DNA of 64,000 nucleotides from Alphaproteobacteria bacterium (GTDB lineage Bacteria; Pseudomonadota; Alphaproteobacteria; UBA828), in the NCBI GenBank assembly GCA_963422645.2, contig CAXXVO010000018.1:32001-96000 (forward strand). The letters run 5' to 3'. Shown piece by piece: positions 59,652 through 64,000 of this stretch (the stretch's first letter is position 1; each line of letters begins with the position of its first letter). The notes under the pieces are model-generated. The model ran no database searches and was not told the DNA's origin. It saw nothing but the letters and a program-made list of their open reading frames with translations. The position numbers and the translations under genes were made by a program.

Positions 59652-60422
59652 TTGAAGATCGAAGGCAAGTCCGTGGTCGTCACCGGCGGCGCGAGCGGGA
59701 TCGGGCTCGCGCTCGCGCGCCGCTTCCGGGCGGAAGGCGCACGGGGCATCGCCCTGGCCGATCTGCAGGAGGACGCCCTGTTGGAGGCCGCCGGCGAGAT
59801 CGACGCCCTGGCGGTGCCCTGCGATGTCAGGGACGAAGCCGACATCAAGCGCCTCGTTGCCGCAGCCGAGGATGCCTTCGGCCCCATCGACGTGTTCGTC
59901 TCCAACGCCGGGATCGCGCGCATGGGCGGCGTCGATGCCCCGGACGAGGAGTGGCGGCAGAACTGGGACATCCACATCATGGCCCACGTCTACGCGGCGC
60001 GGGCGGTGGCGCCCAAGATGGCGGCGCGCGGCAGCGGCTATCTGGTCAACACGGCCTCGGCCGCAGGACTGCTCAGCCACGTTGAATCGGCGACCTATTC
60101 GGTGACCAAGCATGCTGCCGTGGCTTTCGCCGAGTGGCTCTCGATCGTTTACGGCGACCAGGGCGTCCGGATCTCGGTGCTCTGCCCGCAGGCGGTCCGC
60201 ACCGCGATGCTCACGGGCAGCGAGGAGAGCGTCGCCAGCCTGGACGGCGTGCTGGAGTCGGAACAGGTGGCCGACAGCGTGATCGCGGCGATGGAGCGGG
60301 AGGAGTTCCTGATCCTCCCGCACCCCGCGGTGCAGGACTACGTCGAGCGCAAGGCCTCGGATCGAGAGCGCTGGCTCCGGGGGATGCGCAAGCTGCGCGC
60401 GGCGCACGGAGGAGCCCTCTAA
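59652..60422 (+). CDS. SDR oxidoreductase
   Basis: [23 protein letters not shown]. Confidence 0.92.
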   Translation: MKIEGKSVVVTGGASGIGLALARRFRAEGARGIALADLQEDALLEAAGEIDALAVPCDVRDEADIKRLVAAAEDAFGPIDVFVSNAGIARMGGVDAPDEEWRQNWDIHIMAHVYAARAVAPKMAARGSGYLVNTASAAGLLSHVESATYSVTKHAAVAFAEWLSIVYGDQGVRISVLCPQAVRTAMLTGSEESVASLDGVLESEQVADSVIAAMEREEFLILPHPAVQDYVERKASDRERWLRGMRKLRAAHGGAL

Positions 60423-60501
60423 TTCATAGGCCGACGCCTTCGGCCGCCAGGAGGGGCTGGAACCAATCGAGTAGATAAGGCGCGATGGACCCGCAAGGAG
60501 A

Positions 60502-60975
60502 ATGACGATGGCTGAATTGACCCTTGAGCAACAGGTGGCGCGGCTCACCGCGATCGAGGACATCAAGCGGATGAAGGCGCAGTACTGCTACTACGCCGAT
60601 CACGGCTACGACCCGGACGGTCTGGCGAGCCTCTTCGTCGAAGACGCCATCTGGGATGGCGGCGACTTCGGTCTCTACGAGGGCAAGGCGGCGATCCGGG
60701 AGTTCTTCGTCGGCATCAAGGACGACATCGTTTTCGCGATCCATCCGGTGATGAACCCGATCATCACGGTGGACGGCGACAGGGCGAACGCGAAGTGGTG
60801 GCTCATCATGTGGTGCACCATGATGGTCGACGGCGAGAAGAAGGCCCGCTGGTTCGCTGCCGAGTACGACGACGACCTGGAGAAGCGCGACGGCCAGTGG
60901 CTCTTCACCCACATCAAGGTCACGGGCAAGTTCTTGGCGGAGCACAGCGAGGGCTGGGCGAACCAGACCGGATAG
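60502..60975 (+). CDS. SnoaL/NTF2-like protein (LinA/BaiE-like)
   Basis: EDIKRMKAQYCYYAD, LFVEDAIW, HPVMNP, YDDDLEKRDGQW. Confidence 0.8.
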   Translation: MTMAELTLEQQVARLTAIEDIKRMKAQYCYYADHGYDPDGLASLFVEDAIWDGGDFGLYEGKAAIREFFVGIKDDIVFAIHPVMNPIITVDGDRANAKWWLIMWCTMMVDGEKKARWFAAEYDDDLEKRDGQWLFTHIKVTGKFLAEHSEGWANQTG

Positions 60976-61074
60976 GCGAAGAGCGCGCCGCCGCCTCCGC
61001 GCGAGGAGTGGCAGCCTCCAGCGGAGTCCGCCAAGCCGAAGCGTGCGGTCAAATCCAGTCACTGACACGCGCCG

Positions 61075-61350
61075 TCACGCCCGGGCATGCCCGGACCATG
61101 GTGCGGTGCACGAGGTGCGGTTCCTGCGTCAAAATCGCGCCATGCGCTGGGGAAGCGAGGCGGTATCGAAGGTGAACGCGGCGAGTCTCAGGCCCGCACG
61201 ACACCATAGCGTGGGCGGGCCTCTCGATTCCACGCGCACAACCCTTCAGGGGTGCGCGACTCAGGCTCGCGTGCGGGACATCCCACTTATCCCACTTAAT
61301 CCCACTTATCCCGGCGAATCCCGCCAAATTAATTTCAGCCTTGTCTCACC
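61075..61350. repeat. Dispersed intergenic element, copy B, with an ATCCCACTT tandem array
   Basis: Shares the 20-mer and 10-mer with 42101-42155; ATCCCACTT x3 at 61280-61307. Confidence 0.6.
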
Positions 61351-61421
61351 GCGGGGAGACAGTGCGGGAGGCGCGGGGTGATTCCTGATTTGGCGCCCGC
61401 GACCCTGCAGGCGCGGGCGAC

Positions 61422-61646
61422 CTAGTTCAGGCCGAAATCTCCGAAGCGCTTGTTGAAGCGCGAGACCTGGCCGCCGCGATCGACGAGGCGCTGGGCGCCG
61501 CCGGTCCACACCGGGTGCGAGAGCGGGTCGATATCGAGGGTGAGCGTGTCGCCCGCCTTGCCCCATGTGGAGCGCGTGGTAAAGGTGCTGCCGTCGGTCC
61601 GAACCACGGTGATCTCGTGATAGTCCGGATGAGTGTCTTTCTTCAT
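61422..61646 (-). CDS. rpmE: 50S ribosomal protein L31
   Basis: [10 protein letters not shown]...TRST...[13 protein letters not shown]...[10 protein letters not shown]; Cys-free alphaproteobacterial type. Confidence 0.97.
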   Translation of the reverse strand: MKKDTHPDYHEITVVRTDGSTFTTRSTWGKAGDTLTLDIDPLSHPVWTGGAQRLVDRGGQVSRFNKRFGDFGLN

Positions 61647-61762
61647 GGCGGGCCCCGCTTGCCGAGCGGCTTTCATATAGCCGAGGGGCGCAGGGCGCAA
61701 GCGGCTATTGGTTTCGGCACGACTCGGATATCGTCGCGCCATCCGTGCGGGGAGCGGCATCG

Positions 61763-63652
61763 ATGAGCATCTTCAGGCCGGGCGCCGGTCGTCGGCGCGC
61801 CGGCGATTCTTCGGCATCGTCCGCTCTGCCGCCCCGGAGCGAGATCCGCCGCATCCGCTACCTGTTCCGCTTCCTCCGGCCCTACCGCGGGGTGATCGTG
61901 GCGGCGATCGTCGCTCTTTGCGTCAGTGCCGCCGCGGTGCTGGCGATGGGCCAGGGGTTGCGGGTGCTGATCGACGACGGCCTCAGCGCGGAGGAGGTCT
62001 CGCGGCTCCACGAGGCGCTGATCTACATGGCGGGCATGGTGGTGCTGCTGGCGGGCGGCTCCTTCGCGCGCTTCTACCTCGTCTCCTGGCTCGGCGAGCG
62101 GGTGGTAGCCGACATCAGGCGGGCGGTCTTCCGCCGCCTGGTCGGGCTGAGCCCGGCCTTCTTCGAGATCAACAAGGTTGGGGAGCTGCTCTCGCGCGTC
62201 ACCACCGACACCACCCTGCTGCAGACCGTGATCGGCCAGCAGGCATCGTCGGCGCTGCGCAACCTGCTGCTTTTCCTCGGCGCGAGCGCGATGCTGGTGG
62301 TGACAAGCCCGACGCTCACCGGCTTCGTGGTGCTGATGGTGCCCGTGGTGGTGATCCCCATCGTCGTGCTCGGCCGGCGCGTGCGCCGCTACTCGCGCGT
62401 CGCCCAGGACCGTGTCGGCGATGTCGGCGGCCACCTGGAGGAAGCGCTCGGCGGCATCCGTACCGTGCAGGCCTTCGGTCAGGAGGAGCGGAGCGGCGAG
62501 CGTTTCGGGGATCACGTGGAGGCGGCGTTCCGCGCGGCGCTCCATCGCGTGCGTGCGCGCGCGCTGCTGACGGCGATCGTCATCCTGCTGGTCTTCTGCG
62601 GCATCGGCCTCGTGCTCTGGATCGCCGGCACCACCGTGCTCCAGGGCGAGATGACCGGCGGCGAGATGACCGCCTTCATGTTCTACGCCGTGGTGGTCGC
62701 GGGCTCGGTGGGCTCGCTCAGCGAGGTCTACGGCGATATGCAGCACGCCGCCGGCGCCGCCGAGCGGTTGGCGGAGCTCCTGAACGAGGAGCCCGCGCTC
62801 GCGCCTGCGCCCGCCCTGACCAAAGAGCTGCCGGAGCCGCAGCCAGGCGCGGTGGAGCTGGACCGGGCCACCTTTCACTACCCCGCGCGGCCGGATGCGC
62901 CGGCGCTTGAGGGGTTCTCGCTCGCCGTGGCGCCGGGCGAGACGGTCGCCCTGGTCGGCCCCTCGGGCGCGGGCAAGTCGACCGTCTTCAACCTCCTGCT
63001 CCGCTTCTACGACCCGGAGGACGGGCGCGTCATGCTCGACGGCGTGGACCTGCGGGAGGTCTCGCTCAAGGCGGTGCGACGCTCCTTCGCGCTGGTGCCG
63101 CAGGACGCGGTGATCTTCGCCGCGAGCGCGCGGGAGAACATCCGCTTCGGCCGGCCGGAGGCGAGTGACGGCGAGGTCCGCGCCGCGGCGGAGGCGGCGG
63201 GCGCGGCGGCCTTCCTCGACAGCCTGCCCGAGGGCTTCGACACCTTCCTCGGCGAGAAGGGAACCAGGCTCTCGGGCGGGCAGAAGCAGCGCCTGGCGAT
63301 CGCCCGCGCCGTGCTGCGCAACCCGGCGGTGCTGCTGCTCGACGAGGCGACCAGCGCGCTGGATGCCGAGAGCGAGCGCGCCGTGCAGCTCGCGCTGGAG
63401 CAGCTCATGGCGGGGCGGACCACCATCGTCATCGCGCACCGATTGGCCACCGTGCAGAAGGCGGACCGGATCGTGGTGATGGACGAGGGCCGCGTCATTG
63501 CCGAGGGCACGCACCAGTCGCTGATGGCGCGCGGCGGGCTCTACGCCAGGCTCGCCGCGCTCCAGTTCGACGACGGGCGGGAACAGGCCGCGGCCCAGGA
63601 CGAGGCATCGGTGGAGGCCCTCGGCGAGGCGCCGCGCAGCGCGGCCGGTTAA
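61763..63652 (+). CDS. ABC exporter, fused permease + ATPase (MsbA-like)
   Basis: Six TM helices, [31 protein letters not shown]. Confidence 0.92.
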   Translation: MSIFRPGAGRRRAGDSSASSALPPRSEIRRIRYLFRFLRPYRGVIVAAIVALCVSAAAVLAMGQGLRVLIDDGLSAEEVSRLHEALIYMAGMVVLLAGGSFARFYLVSWLGERVVADIRRAVFRRLVGLSPAFFEINKVGELLSRVTTDTTLLQTVIGQQASSALRNLLLFLGASAMLVVTSPTLTGFVVLMVPVVVIPIVVLGRRVRRYSRVAQDRVGDVGGHLEEALGGIRTVQAFGQEERSGERFGDHVEAAFRAALHRVRARALLTAIVILLVFCGIGLVLWIAGTTVLQGEMTGGEMTAFMFYAVVVAGSVGSLSEVYGDMQHAAGAAERLAELLNEEPALAPAPALTKELPEPQPGAVELDRATFHYPARPDAPALEGFSLAVAPGETVALVGPSGAGKSTVFNLLLRFYDPEDGRVMLDGVDLREVSLKAVRRSFALVPQDAVIFAASARENIRFGRPEASDGEVRAAAEAAGAAAFLDSLPEGFDTFLGEKGTRLSGGQKQRLAIARAVLRNPAVLLLDEATSALDAESERAVQLALEQLMAGRTTIVIAHRLATVQKADRIVVMDEGRVIAEGTHQSLMARGGLYARLAALQFDDGREQAAAQDEASVEALGEAPRSAAG

Positions 63653-63655
63653 CCT

Positions 63656-64000
63656 CTAGCGCTGGGTCAGCTTGAGCTCGATGCGGCGGTTGCGGCGATA
63701 GGCGATTTCGTCCTCGCGGTCGTCGAGGGGCTGGAACTCGCCGTAGCCGGTGGCGCTCAGGCGCTCGGGCGGGATGCCGAGGGCGATAAGGAAGTTCACC
63801 ACCGAGATCGCGCGTGCCGACGAGAGCTCCCAATTCGAGGGGAAGCGGGCCGTCTGAATCGGGCGGCTGTCAGTGTGGCCGTCGACCTGCAGGATCCACG
63901 GCAGTTCCGTCGGGATCTGGACCATGACTTCCCTGAGGACCTGCGTAAACTTCGCCAGCTTGTCGTGGCCCGCCGCCTCCAACTGGTCGGAGGCGGAGGC
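63656..64000 (-). CDS. MotB/OmpA-like peptidoglycan-binding protein, C-terminal part (start outside the window)
   Basis: VDGHTD, SNWELSSARA, GYGEFQP, RRNRRIE. Confidence 0.88.
   Translation of the reverse strand, partial: ASASDQLEAAGHDKLAKFTQVLREVMVQIPTELPWILQVDGHTDSRPIQTARFPSNWELSSARAISVVNFLIALGIPPERLSATGYGEFQPLDDREDEIAYRRNRRIELKLTQR

Noticed and set aside
61280-61325. Possible CRISPR or telomere-like repeat
   Set aside because: Units are 9-10 bp with no spacers and no cas genes; kept only as a short tandem array.

Overview
GC-rich bacterial window, most likely an alphaproteobacterium (alpha-type L31 and ABC/MotB neighbourhood at the right end; inference). It has three parts. (i) 1-17 kb is a dense pile of nested mobile elements that has shredded a type III restriction-modification locus (res, DUF2283, MNT-HEPN, mod). 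It includes a 4-kb three-gene element built around a large serine recombinase. The ORF track misses this gene because it has no stop codon of its own and reads through its own attachment site. The element sits precisely inside an IS66 transposase gene and is itself interrupted by an IS110/IS1111-type element. (ii) 17-50 kb is an organic-nitrogen scavenging region: PotABCD-like ABC + DmpA peptidase; NitT/TauT ABC + dihydropyrimidinase; aminotransferase + Opp/Dpp ABC with three tandem DUF1028 Ntn-hydrolases; MarR/ADC/FAH/GS-like/P450/extradiol dioxygenase; amidohydrolase; three-subunit nitrile/thiocyanate hydratase; AcuI-like reductase. It is split by a complete IS66 element that carries a Dam-like adenine methyltransferase instead of tnpA/tnpB. 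(iii) 50-64 kb holds a second IS pile-up (IS66 ends, an unclassified DDE IS end, an intact IS21), an acyl-CoA cluster (HMGCS-like/DUF35 fusion + thiolase, MaoC, SDRs), rpmE, an ABC exporter and a MotB/OmpA-domain gene. I saw no rRNA, tRNA or CRISPR array. Family assignments come from motif recognition by eye; no database searches were run.
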